From a virus, in IMG/VR virus record IMGVR_UViG_3300013132_000034, positions 33,368 through 97,367 of that record: 64,000 nucleotides of DNA; one strand, given 5' to 3'. Below are positions 40,925-50,716 of this stretch, piece after piece. The notes beneath the pieces are model-generated. The model saw only the letters and a list, made by a program, of their open reading frames with translations. It was not told the origin of the DNA and made no database searches. The position numbers were made by a program, and so were the translations under genes. Within the stretch, counting starts at the first letter, position 1; each line of letters starts with the position of its first letter.

Positions 40925-42259
40925 TCAATTATTATCTGCAAGAACTTTTAGGGTTGACGTCAAAGAATTACTTTCGTCCGTATCATTTATAGTGTCATCC
41001 TGGGTTATAGATAATGTGGGGTAATCTATTCTCAATAAAACGTTTCCGAAATTAGGGCCAAATCTGTTCTTCATCATACCTAGATGAATTACGCCTAATT
41101 CTCTTTCTTCATCTGTTTGAAAAATACTCATAACTACATCGGCGGTAGCTGCAAGACCTATACTTTCACTAATAGTAGCAATAGAGGGGTCATTCTCACT
41201 ATAGCCAGATCTGTTTAATTGAGTAGCTGAAATAATAGGGCAATTAAAAATATACGACATTGCTCTTATTTTTTCTGTTACATATTTTACTCTCTCATAT
41301 GAATTAGTGCCTGTAGAAGAATGAAGAAGGTTGAGATAGTCAATTACAATAGCGTCTATTTTAATACCTTTAGAAAGAAATTTTTTTATAAATGCATTTA
41401 ATTGTAATGGAGTAACTGTTGAGGGTGGAAATTCTTTTACATATATTTTTGCGTTAGGATTTTTTCTATTAAATTCGTCTATACCGATTTTTAATTGTTC
41501 TTGTTCACCTTTTAATCTAAAAAGAGGAATTTTAGTTAAGTTAGATGATAAGCGTTTTGCATAAATCAATTCTGGCATTTCAAGTGAAATAATGAGAACT
41601 GTTTTATTTTGCTTAGCTATATTAACAGCAATATTTGCTAAGAAAATAGATTTTCCGATATTAGTTTCACCTGCAAATACATATAATGACCTACCATTTT
41701 CTTGTAACCCCCCACCAATTCTATGGTCTATCCAAGGGTAACCAGTGGTAATATAATTTTCAACCTTATTAAGATCATCAACAATAGCTTGAGAGTTAGA
41801 TAAAATTTCAATACCGAGATCTACCGACAAATTTATGCTACAAGATGATTCAAATTTTTGTAATATTTCTGATGTATTTATTTCACCCTTTGTACACTTA
41901 TCAGCTACTTCTAGCATAGTGGTATATACGGCTTTTTCCTTTAAAAACCGCTCAGTATTTTTATAAAGTTCATCTTCATTAAAATTTTTGTCAATATCTT
42001 TAAATTTTGATATCGCTTCTTTAAAATTGTCTTTAAGCTTATCTGTGTTTAAATATGCTTTAACTTCAGTTAGAGTGGGTACTGTACCAGTTTTGATGTA
42101 AAATTCGCGAATTATAGAAAAAATACTTTTGATATTTTTATCTTTAAAATAGGTCGGTTTTAAGTGATCAGCAATAGAACCTAAATACTTTTCATCAGTA
42201 AGTGATTTGTATAGTACAATATGCTCGAAGTAATCTAGATCTAGTTCTCTATCTTGCAT
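40925..42259 (-). CDS. Replicative DnaB-like helicase (gp41-like)
   Basis: AGETNIGKS, ISLEM, KEFPP, IVIDYLNL, SATQLNRSGY, SESIGL, KNRFG. Confidence 0.95.
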   Translation of the reverse strand: MQDRELDLDYFEHIVLYKSLTDEKYLGSIADHLKPTYFKDKNIKSIFSIIREFYIKTGTVPTLTEVKAYLNTDKLKDNFKEAISKFKDIDKNFNEDELYKNTERFLKEKAVYTTMLEVADKCTKGEINTSEILQKFESSCSINLSVDLGIEILSNSQAIVDDLNKVENYITTGYPWIDHRIGGGLQENGRSLYVFAGETNIGKSIFLANIAVNIAKQNKTVLIISLEMPELIYAKRLSSNLTKIPLFRLKGEQEQLKIGIDEFNRKNPNAKIYVKEFPPSTVTPLQLNAFIKKFLSKGIKIDAIVIDYLNLLHSSTGTNSYERVKYVTEKIRAMSYIFNCPIISATQLNRSGYSENDPSIATISESIGLAATADVVMSIFQTDEERELGVIHLGMMKNRFGPNFGNVLLRIDYPTLSITQDDTINDTDESNSLTSTLKVLADNN

Positions 42260-42270
42260 AGGTTAAGCTA

Positions 42271-42298
42271 ATAATATAACAAATTATTTGATAATCAA
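42271..42298 (-). promoter_or_regulatory. Sigma70-type promoter for helicase
   Basis: TTGATT-16 nt-TATTAT-11 nt-ATG. Confidence 0.6.
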
Positions 42299-42969
42299 GA
42301 AGAATATTCAGAAAGAAATTTTTCTTCGCTTTGCAAATAATTATCATCAAACGCTCTCAAACCTGGTGAACAATGAATTACATTAATCGGCCATACACAA
42401 AGTTTTAATTTTTTCTTATTTGCGTCTATACTCGAAGCAATATCATAATGATGAAAATTATAATTCTCATTAAATTTCCAGTTTACTGATTTTACTTTTT
42501 TGACGTTAACTGCAATAAAAAGACCGTCAAGCAAAGCAACTCTTGCAGGTGTGGGGCCAAAGCTAGTTACATATCTTGAAGTATTTGTTTTATCAGTATA
42601 ATGAGCTACCGCTCCTCTAAGATTTCCGCTTTGAAAGCCGCCTGCCATTAAATGCCAAAGGCTTGGTTTAGATATTAGCGGGTTAATACAACCTGCAAGG
42701 CCAATAATATCATACCCCTGTTCAAAGGCTGCATTTAGTTTTTTTTCAAGCTTTAAATCATCTATAAAAACATCGTCGTGGGCAAATACTATTGTATCAT
42801 ATTCATCAGAATCTTTACTATATAAAAAATTATTATAACTTTTACTTAAACCTTCTTTATTCTCTCTCTTAAAAAAAACATCTAAATGATCAAATTCTAA
42901 GCAACTTTTATATAGCTCAGTTACTGTCTCATCCGCGCATGGCGTGCAACTAAAAACACAAATACTCAT
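42295..42969 (-). CDS. GT-A fold glycosyltransferase-like protein
   Basis: GLSKSYN, VFAHDDV (DxD-like), IIGLAG, LDGLFIAV, FHHYD, HCSPG. Confidence 0.8.
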   Translation of the reverse strand: MSICVFSCTPCADETVTELYKSCLEFDHLDVFFKRENKEGLSKSYNNFLYSKDSDEYDTIVFAHDDVFIDDLKLEKKLNAAFEQGYDIIGLAGCINPLISKPSLWHLMAGGFQSGNLRGAVAHYTDKTNTSRYVTSFGPTPARVALLDGLFIAVNVKKVKSVNWKFNENYNFHHYDIASSIDANKKKLKLCVWPINVIHCSPGLRAFDDNYLQSEEKFLSEYSS

Positions 42970-43616
42970 ACTATAAAAAATGGACTATTACCATTAAATT
43001 TTGATACTTTCGTTAATCCCTCTTGAGTTACTAAGAAGATAGTATTATTTTCTAATTCTTCCAATCCAATATCAGGGTAAGATGAAAATTCGCATTGTAA
43101 AAAGTTGCCGTAAAGAGTACTGCCACACCTCACGAGGTAAATATTTTTGCTTTGTGTGTTAAATATCCACAAGCTATAAGTGCCTTCTAAAATTTCGCAA
43201 ACGTTTCTTACTGTTGTTAATTCGTCTTTGTCTTCAAGAAAAGTAAGTAAACTTGGTATAATACTGCTATCTACTGAATTAACATGGTCGGGTAAATATT
43301 TTTGTTTTATTGTTTCGAAATTCGATAATACACCGTTATGCGCAACTATCCAATTACCATCAATAAATGGATGAGATGTATCTCTATTAAAGCTTCTTTC
43401 TGACGAAGTAGGGGCTTGTGTATGTCCAAGAAGATAGAAATAGTTATCTTTAAAAAAATTATCAATATCAACTACCCCGGGTTGCGCTTCACATAGCTGT
43501 ACATCTCGGTTTTGTGTTAAGAATAAGCACCCAAAAGCAAAATCCCCGCGCTCTCTATTTAAATTATAAAGAGTTTCAAACCTCTCTTTATCAGTAGAGC
43601 CGAAAATACCACACAT
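42966..43616 (-). CDS. Class II (Ntn) glutamine amidotransferase, stand-alone
   Basis: N-terminal MCGIFG nucleophile, RG, GHTQAPT, HPF, AHNGVL, VDS. Confidence 0.88.
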   Translation of the reverse strand: MCGIFGSTDKERFETLYNLNRERGDFAFGCLFLTQNRDVQLCEAQPGVVDIDNFFKDNYFYLLGHTQAPTSSERSFNRDTSHPFIDGNWIVAHNGVLSNFETIKQKYLPDHVNSVDSSIIPSLLTFLEDKDELTTVRNVCEILEGTYSLWIFNTQSKNIYLVRCGSTLYGNFLQCEFSSYPDIGLEELENNTIFLVTQEGLTKVSKFNGNSPFFIV

Positions 43617-43620
43617 AATA

Positions 43621-44358
43621 TTATAATGGTATACAGTTATAGGAATTCCAGCTTATTTCTTTTTTATAAGGTACTGGGTCAATATAACCAGCTTTAACAA
43701 ACCCTTGCAATCTCAAGCTACACGCGGTACATTCACCGCACGCTTCATCACCACCTTCATAACACGTCCACGTATTTGCAAAATCTATTTTATGGACAAC
43801 ACCTAAGCAAACAATTTCGGTTTTAGAACTATTTAAAAGCGGTGCTTCAACTTTTATTCGACACCGTCTATTTAAATTAGAAAGTCGATTAATTTCCTCT
43901 ATAAATTCTTTACTACCATCCCAATAACCTGCAATACTATCAGCTTGTGCAGCACCATGCCAAACTGCTGCAGCATTTAATGCTTCTGCACGAGCCAAAC
44001 ACATACTAATAATCATTAAGTTTCGAAATGGAACATAATTAACTGTTTGCGGATCTCCCATAGCATCTTTTGCCTTTGCCACAGAAATATTATTGTTTGT
44101 AAGTGAAGAAGTACTTGCAATATTTTTAAAAAATGAAATGTCAATAATATCGTGCGTTACATTATCTTCGCCAATTTTTCTTTTTATGCTTTCAATTTGA
44201 AGTGAAGCGTAATTTATTTCCTTTAAATGTTTTTGACTATAATTAAAGGTAATTGCATGGATTTTTTTATAATATTCAACTGCTTTGTGTAGGAGAACAG
44301 TACTATCCATTCCGCCGCTAACAGGAATAACAACTGCAGCTTCTTTATTTTGTGTCAT
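43621..44358 (-). CDS. queC: 7-cyano-7-deazaguanine synthase QueC family protein
   Basis: PP-loop SGGMDS, YSQKH, YVPFRN, TWTCY.G..ACGECTAC..R Zn site, DPVPY. Confidence 0.9.
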   Translation of the reverse strand: MTQNKEAAVVIPVSGGMDSTVLLHKAVEYYKKIHAITFNYSQKHLKEINYASLQIESIKRKIGEDNVTHDIIDISFFKNIASTSSLTNNNISVAKAKDAMGDPQTVNYVPFRNLMIISMCLARAEALNAAAVWHGAAQADSIAGYWDGSKEFIEEINRLSNLNRRCRIKVEAPLLNSSKTEIVCLGVVHKIDFANTWTCYEGGDEACGECTACSLRLQGFVKAGYIDPVPYKKEISWNSYNCIPL

Positions 44359-45499
44359 CAGCTAATTGTGCGCCCTTAGTCTTCTTTTTCAAGACAGGTT
44401 CTGCATCAACATCAGGTAATTCGTCTGGTACAGCATCATTATTACCATACTGCCATTCTGAATTTATCTTTTGTTCAATTGCTGGTAGAATTTTAGTATT
44501 CCAAAGCTCTTCATCATCTTTCCAAGACTTATAGTAACCAAGCTTTGTACCATCAGCTAATGCATAGGTAGCACCGTTTTGCACAACAATACCAAAACCA
44601 ACTGCAAGATCAAGTAACCCGTAAAATTTATTCAAACCGGATTCAAAACTTAAATACATTTCGCCTTGTAAATACTGGCGGATAAATCTATTTTTTACGG
44701 TTAAAGCTCTTAGAATTACGCCCGGGTAATTTCGCTGGCCAACAGCAAGTTTACTATCAACAGTCTTGCCACCATCATCTTTTTCAGGCTTTCTTGCTAA
44801 CTGAACTGTAACGTCTGAGAGATACCACACGCTCTTACCACCGGGTTGATTCTTAATCATACTTTCAAACATAGCGCTTGGATCATCGTATGTGTGGTTA
44901 GTTATAACAAACGTTGTTTTAGTTAATCTTGACATATTTGTACATGTCTTTAGTAAGCTTTTTATAGCGCGTGCACGCGTGCCCATATCCATAGATGTGC
45001 TTTCTTTACCCATCCTATCAATTGATAATTGGTTTTCAAGATTAGCAAGCGAATCTATTGCAATAATAAATTTGCCCTCTTGTCCAGACTCTTTTACTTT
45101 AGTTAAGAAATTATATATAGTATTTCTTGTCTCTTCAATAGTAAAGCACGGGACATACTTTACTTTTGAGGTGTCTAAGCCTAACTTCGAAGCAGATTCA
45201 CTATCAATTGCACCTTCTGTATCAAAAATTACGGGTACTAATCCTTCTTTTTGCGCATTTGCTAATATCTTAGTAATAATATATGTTTTACCGGTCATGC
45301 TTTCACCAGCAAATAAGGTTACTCTATTTTTAGGGATACCTTTATTAATACTGCCTGATATAACAGCGTTTAAAACATATGAACCCGTATTAATCCAGCC
45401 ATCCACTTTTGATAGTGAACCCTCTGACAAATATGTCGCGTGAGGGTTGACACTATCAATAGTGTCTAGAACGTTTTTAATATCTTTCGAAAGAGACAT
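44345..45499 (-). CDS. uvsX: RecA-like recombinase UvsX
   Basis: TGSYVLNAVISG, AGESMTGKT, FDTE, IDSLANL, TNHTY, KNRF. Confidence 0.93.
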   Translation of the reverse strand: MSLSKDIKNVLDTIDSVNPHATYLSEGSLSKVDGWINTGSYVLNAVISGSINKGIPKNRVTLFAGESMTGKTYIITKILANAQKEGLVPVIFDTEGAIDSESASKLGLDTSKVKYVPCFTIEETRNTIYNFLTKVKESGQEGKFIIAIDSLANLENQLSIDRMGKESTSMDMGTRARAIKSLLKTCTNMSRLTKTTFVITNHTYDDPSAMFESMIKNQPGGKSVWYLSDVTVQLARKPEKDDGGKTVDSKLAVGQRNYPGVILRALTVKNRFIRQYLQGEMYLSFESGLNKFYGLLDLAVGFGIVVQNGATYALADGTKLGYYKSWKDDEELWNTKILPAIEQKINSEWQYGNNDAVPDELPDVDAEPVLKKKTKGAQLADDTK

Positions 45500-45903
45500 T
45501 ATTCTTCGTCATCAAACAACTTAATAACTTCAGCCTTGCTCTTACCGGAGCTATTTGCAACAGGCGAGTTACTAGCAATCGGAGTAGGATTGCCGCTAAA
45601 AATCTTCTCATATTGCTCAAGTAGACGGGGATCAAGCTGAATGCTGTCACCAAATACTAAGTTGTTTCTATTAAATGCCCAAACTGTTCCTTCTTTTTGA
45701 TTCTTCGGATCAACAAACTCTCTGAAGAAATAAGGAATGGTCTGTACTTGTAGTTGACCAGTCTGGGCCTGCTGTCCAATATGAACGATAGCAGGGTTTT
45801 TTACCTTTACAACCTCTTTTGTATCGGAGACAATTTCTCCGAGAATAACTCTTCCGATATGATCAACAAATGTTGAAACTGTTCTAGTAGTATTTTTGCT
45901 CAT
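45499..45903 (-). CDS. Hypothetical protein (Sm-like beta fold possible)
   Basis: GRVILGE...VKVKNPAIV...YEKIF pattern, common next to the polymerase in T4-like phages. Confidence 0.7.
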   Translation of the reverse strand: MSKNTTRTVSTFVDHIGRVILGEIVSDTKEVVKVKNPAIVHIGQQAQTGQLQVQTIPYFFREFVDPKNQKEGTVWAFNRNNLVFGDSIQLDPRLLEQYEKIFSGNPTPIASNSPVANSSGKSKAEVIKLFDDEE

Positions 45904-45909
45904 GTAATA

Positions 45910-45937
45910 ATTTTATTATATACGAACAATAAATCAA
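45910..45937 (-). promoter_or_regulatory. Sigma70-type promoter for the 45903-uvsX-queC-GATase-GT operon
   Basis: TTGATT-16 nt-TAAAAT-6 nt-ATG(45903). Confidence 0.7.
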
Positions 45938-48510
45938 GCTAAAAGTTCAAATAAATCGCATTGAACTTGTTTTCCAGGCTCAGTAGCCTTCCATTTTACA
46001 GCATCATACAATCTTTCAATACCGCTAAATATAATTTTATTAAACATTGTCTCATAATCAGGTTCAAAGATGCTAGAAAATTCTTTAGGATAATAATATT
46101 TAAAAGCTACTGACGAGAGACCATAAGGATTAGGTTTGCGCACATAAAAAAACCTAATCTTGTCACCAGAATTAATATGTTCGTATTTTTTCTCTATATT
46201 AAGCTTCTTTAGCAAAAAATTATAATAATAAGCAGCTTTAACATGATTAGGCATACCTTTTACTACTCTAAAATTATCACATTGTGCTGCGTATTTTTCA
46301 TAATTTTTAATACCTGACACAAACGAAATATCCTCAAGAGGTAATTCTTTAAATTTTTCGTATACTTCATTTAAAATTTTATTTGTCTCGACTTGATTTT
46401 TAGTAAGTAGCATTGTCTGTATAATTTTTTTAACATATGGTTTAATAGGCGTGGGCATTGTTGTACGTACTACCTCTACCCCAGTGTACTTAAACTTGTT
46501 GCATGGTATGCCTTCTTCGTCAAGTAAATGTAAGATATATCTTTTTTTCTGTAGAAATAAACCGACATCGGAAATAGCTTCTCGTTTGAAAACAAATCTA
46601 CAATCAACTGAATTTAAGGTATTGAGACCCCAAGTTTTGATGTGTATGTTTAAGAAATTTTCTAATTCTTCTACTATATCATGATATTCTTTAGTAATGT
46701 TTCCTTTTTTATCTATAACATCAATATTAAGTTTTTTAACTAATTCGTTCAATGTTACATACACACTGTCAGTGTCATTGTAAATAACAGGTTCAAAATT
46801 AAGTTCGGAGACAGATAATTTTTTTGAAATAAATTCTCGTGCTAAATCATTACACTGCTTAATAACTGCTTGACCAGTTAGCGTAATCGATGAGGCGAGA
46901 TCGTCATCACCTATGGGTGCGTGTTTGTTTCCGAAATAACCGTAAATTGTATTAATAAAAATTTTAATTGTATGTTGTTTTATATTAAGTCTATTAGTTT
47001 CAATTTGAATATCTTTATATTCTTGGGAGCCTTTTGTTAGTGTTGAAAGGGTTTTCTTTAATTTCTTCAAGTCATGTTTAATTTCTACGCGCTGAGAATA
47101 ATATCTGTCAACAATTTCAGGAATTATGCCTTTTTTCTTCTGCGAAAATAAAACTTTAGAACGTGATATTGACAGCTGTTCTTTTTTTACTAATTGCGCA
47201 AATTTTTCTTTAGTTAAAGTATATGAAGTCCCGTTTACATCTCTAAAGAGTACATTGCCATTTTCTTTGTCTATATTTTCAATTTTGCCCATTTTTGTTT
47301 CAGGAGAAAGATTCAGAGATATCATCGTATTTGGGTATAGACTATTAGCATCAAATGATACAATATGCTCTTGAAACCCTTGTTGTGGTTCACTAACATA
47401 AGCACCGGGATTTTTTTGTGTCTTGTCTTCGTTTCTAATAAATGTGGGTATTCTTTGTTGCCGGTATCTTGCGCGAATTGCGGTAGCTCCGGTAATTACT
47501 GACAAAGAACCCATTGCAGCTTCAAACGTTGTTAACCCTGTATAGGCCAACATTCTTAATAACTCTAGATAGCGTAATTTATCTTCAAGTTTAACTAAAA
47601 TTTTTACGTCTTGAATATTATAATCTACAAACAATTCCCAATTCTCATCTGCTAGAGAAGATAAATTTGTGTCGCCGTAGTCTACTTTTGATTCACCAAG
47701 TTCTATTTGCGCAATATTATCAAGTTTATAATTCTCTCTCTGTACCATGCAAAATCTTTTATACACATCCAAGTAATCAATAACAGAAATACCTTCAATA
47801 TGCCATCTTACTTGTTCATGACCATATTTTCCCCTTATACTCCTTGGATATAATTTTAGAACTGGTGACAGTTTCAACACCTCTTCCTCACCAAGTATTT
47901 TTTTAATTCGATTAATTATGTAAGGTATATCAAAAAATTCACAGTTCCATCCGGATAATATATCTGGATGATCAAGTTCTATATATTTGATAAATTTTTT
48001 TAATAATTCTTGTTCAGATTCACACTTAATATAGGTTACTCTGGGTTCTTTCTTTGTATATGATTTTAATCCCCATGTATAATAATGGTTATGTAAAGAA
48101 TCGTAAACTGTAATAATATTAATTACATGGTTTGCTTCTTCGGGTTTTGGGAATTCATCCGGGCTATATGTTTCTATATCTAATAAACATAATTTGAGAG
48201 GTTGAACGCTAAATTCTTTATCTTCATTTTTTTCCCAATATGAGTCAATCAAGTACTGCTGAACTGGCGGTGTATTTTCAAACACCCGAGTAACACCTCT
48301 TTTTATATATTCATTTCTATCATACTGTGTTTTAAATGAAATCTTTTTTAAATTAGTATTAAAGATTGACTTAATATCAGAATCGCCATTATTTTCTATA
48401 TAGAGATAAGGCCTGTATGTGGCGTCATAAAAGGTTCTATTACCATTTGTATCCCACGTGTATACGCGTACACTCTCATTTTTGGGAAGATAAACTGCAT
48501 TCCTATACAC
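45934..48510 (-). CDS. Family B DNA polymerase (gp43-like)
   Basis: Exo DIET, GWNCEFFDIPY, YNIQDV; Pol SFDANSLYP, KIFINTIYG, YNDTDS, KKRY. Confidence 0.97.
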   Translation of the reverse strand: MYRNAVYLPKNESVRVYTWDTNGNRTFYDATYRPYLYIENNGDSDIKSIFNTNLKKISFKTQYDRNEYIKRGVTRVFENTPPVQQYLIDSYWEKNEDKEFSVQPLKLCLLDIETYSPDEFPKPEEANHVINIITVYDSLHNHYYTWGLKSYTKKEPRVTYIKCESEQELLKKFIKYIELDHPDILSGWNCEFFDIPYIINRIKKILGEEEVLKLSPVLKLYPRSIRGKYGHEQVRWHIEGISVIDYLDVYKRFCMVQRENYKLDNIAQIELGESKVDYGDTNLSSLADENWELFVDYNIQDVKILVKLEDKLRYLELLRMLAYTGLTTFEAAMGSLSVITGATAIRARYRQQRIPTFIRNEDKTQKNPGAYVSEPQQGFQEHIVSFDANSLYPNTMISLNLSPETKMGKIENIDKENGNVLFRDVNGTSYTLTKEKFAQLVKKEQLSISRSKVLFSQKKKGIIPEIVDRYYSQRVEIKHDLKKLKKTLSTLTKGSQEYKDIQIETNRLNIKQHTIKIFINTIYGYFGNKHAPIGDDDLASSITLTGQAVIKQCNDLAREFISKKLSVSELNFEPVIYNDTDSVYVTLNELVKKLNIDVIDKKGNITKEYHDIVEELENFLNIHIKTWGLNTLNSVDCRFVFKREAISDVGLFLQKKRYILHLLDEEGIPCNKFKYTGVEVVRTTMPTPIKPYVKKIIQTMLLTKNQVETNKILNEVYEKFKELPLEDISFVSGIKNYEKYAAQCDNFRVVKGMPNHVKAAYYYNFLLKKLNIEKKYEHINSGDKIRFFYVRKPNPYGLSSVAFKYYYPKEFSSIFEPDYETMFNKIIFSGIERLYDAVKWKATEPGKQVQCDLFELLA

Positions 48511-48516
48511 AATTCT

Positions 48517-48544
48517 ATTATAAATGTATTTTTAAATATTACAA
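48517..48544 (-). promoter_or_regulatory. Sigma70-type promoter for DNA polymerase
   Basis: TTGTAA-16 nt-TATAAT-6 nt-GTG(48510). Confidence 0.75.
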
Positions 48545-49777
48545 GCCATTCACCTTATTAAGCAAGACTCTATCCTTATCAGCATACGGAAGGTTATAGA
48601 GTTCAAAATATTTGTTAATATTGTCATCATTTTCTAACCATCTTGTTTCAGCATGTGCATATGCCTCGCGACAAATATCCATATATCTTGATTTCTTTTC
48701 AAGAGTTTCATCAATTCGCTGAATCATTTCTGCTCCTGTTTTAAATCTTATTGGTGCATTACTATAAGTAACAAGATCTTGACAAGCAATCGGAATACCA
48801 TAACAACTGGCCTCAATATATTTTAGGTCACTTTTAGCTTTGTTAAAAGTATTATCTTGCAAAGGTGCAACCATCATATTAATGTCCAAATTATAAATTT
48901 TTTCAGGATATTTATAAAGCATTTCCCAAGGATGATATTCAAAAACACCTTGTGCAACAAAAGGTCGCAATGCTAGCGGAAACGCTCCTAAAAATACCCA
49001 CTGATATTTGTCTTTAGTATCGACAATAGCTTGTAATACGTGACGAAAATCATCGTTTTGATTTACCCTATTGTCAACATCAAAATGTGCGCCGGACCCT
49101 GCATATAATATGCGAGGCTTTTTGCGATGTGTATCATAATTTTTGCTTAATTTCTTCTCATTAAAAAAATGGCCCATCCACCACTTTGGTGGGTAGTTAG
49201 GTATTACAGTAACATTTTTATTACCTGTTTTATTCATGTAATATTGCTTCATGAAATCACATGTAACAGTAATTTCATCTGCCATCTGCATCATAGAAAT
49301 CGCATTATCTCTTATCTCATCATTTTTAAATGCAGGTTTAAATTTATTATATTCAGGTATATCTTCATGAAACATAATATCATCAATTTCATATATTAAG
49401 CGAAATCCTATCTGACTACTTAGTTGTTTAAGAAACTCAAAGAATTGTCTCTGATGATTAGTTGCTTGTCTCTGAATTCTAATAGCTTTGGTGTTACCAT
49501 ACCAGCGAGGATCAAAACACATCACTGTTGACATGTGTACAATAGCTTTTTGATGTGCACATAATAAATGACCTGGCCAAATCAATCGCCAAAAACCGCA
49601 CCCGCTATAATCTGCAAGATAGTTGATGGCGCGTGGTAGATTTGCTTCCGGTGGAACAGCAGGAAGATCCTGTGGAGAGGCAGGCATTATGCCAGGGTTG
49701 TTAGCTGGCATTATATTAGGAAATGGTGCAGCTGCAAACGGTGAAGCTGCAAACGGTGAAGCAAAAGGTGAAACCAT
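48539..49777 (-). CDS. GT-B fold glycosyltransferase with low-complexity N-terminus
   Basis: SGCGFWRLIWP, IQRQ, YEIDD, VIPN, APLQDNTFNKAKSDLKYIEA. Confidence 0.8.
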   Translation of the reverse strand: MVSPFASPFAASPFAAAPFPNIMPANNPGIMPASPQDLPAVPPEANLPRAINYLADYSGCGFWRLIWPGHLLCAHQKAIVHMSTVMCFDPRWYGNTKAIRIQRQATNHQRQFFEFLKQLSSQIGFRLIYEIDDIMFHEDIPEYNKFKPAFKNDEIRDNAISMMQMADEITVTCDFMKQYYMNKTGNKNVTVIPNYPPKWWMGHFFNEKKLSKNYDTHRKKPRILYAGSGAHFDVDNRVNQNDDFRHVLQAIVDTKDKYQWVFLGAFPLALRPFVAQGVFEYHPWEMLYKYPEKIYNLDINMMVAPLQDNTFNKAKSDLKYIEASCYGIPIACQDLVTYSNAPIRFKTGAEMIQRIDETLEKKSRYMDICREAYAHAETRWLENDDNINKYFELYNLPYADKDRVLLNKVNGL

Positions 49778-49784
49778 TGAAAAT

Positions 49785-49812
49785 ATATTATATTATGCCA
49801 TAAATAATTCAA
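49785..49812 (-). promoter_or_regulatory. Sigma70-type promoter with an opposite-strand late TAAATA box in its spacer
   Basis: TTGAAT-16 nt-TAATAT-7 nt-ATG(49777); plus-strand TAAATA at 49801-49806 serves gene 49817. Confidence 0.65.
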
Positions 49813-49816
49813 GGTA

Positions 49817-50716
49817 ATGAATAGTAAGGATAACAGACTTATATTTGAAGCTTACTTTAATAAGAAGAAATTAATAAATGAAGCTCCACCAATTGACATG
49901 TCGGGTGATATTTACTCAGAGCCAGCAGTAGGGGGTACTTTACCTGGTAAAGGTAAAGGGTATGGTCAAGGAGCAATAGAAGGCTATGCTGCAAAAGCAA
50001 AAATTTCTTTAGAAGATGCAGTAAAAAATATGGCAAGATTTATTAGTTCAAAAATGCCTGAGAAAAAAGAAGTTAGTGGTAAGACAGTATTGCATTACCC
50101 TGGCGATCCTAAAACATTTGAAAGAGAAATTACCCCGGAATTTTCTCAAACATTCGGTGTTTCAAAAACAAACGCAGGATTTACTATTCGTATAGTTTTA
50201 GATTATGTTCTTAAAGCAACTAAAACTTCGGGTGGTCTTAAGAAAACTGGAGTACAAAGAAAAGCTGAACGTATAAGTGCAGTTAAAGCTAAAAAAGTAG
50301 CTCCTGTTTCCGTATATGAAGTGGACAAATCAAAACCTGTAGCTGATCCTGTTCTTAAAATTGTAAAGAATGGTTTACCAGAAGAAGATGTACCTGCAAG
50401 AGAAATTTTATCGCTTATAAATCAAATAATTAATGATTATAATGATACACCGGGTCTTGATCCTGCTAAAAAAATTAAAAAAATAAAAAATACTCAAATT
50501 GTAGATGCTTTAATTAAAGTAGGTGTACTAGCGGAAAAAGAAGTTACGCCTCAAGCTGAGCCTGAGGCTGGTGTTGGTACTGGTGAAGCACCTACACAAG
50601 AAGAGAGAGAAGCGTTAGAGGATGCAGCTGATGATCAGGAATTTATTAATACCTATGCAGGTTTTGGCGAAGCCCCGGGCGGCGGGTATGATATAGATTT
50701 TGACAAGATGGATTAA
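49817..50716 (+). CDS. Hypothetical late protein with capsid-targeting-like N-terminus
   Basis: MNSKDNRLIFEAY...LINEA; acidic C-terminus. Confidence 0.75.
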   Translation: MNSKDNRLIFEAYFNKKKLINEAPPIDMSGDIYSEPAVGGTLPGKGKGYGQGAIEGYAAKAKISLEDAVKNMARFISSKMPEKKEVSGKTVLHYPGDPKTFEREITPEFSQTFGVSKTNAGFTIRIVLDYVLKATKTSGGLKKTGVQRKAERISAVKAKKVAPVSVYEVDKSKPVADPVLKIVKNGLPEEDVPAREILSLINQIINDYNDTPGLDPAKKIKKIKNTQIVDALIKVGVLAEKEVTPQAEPEAGVGTGEAPTQEEREALEDAADDQEFINTYAGFGEAPGGGYDIDFDKMD

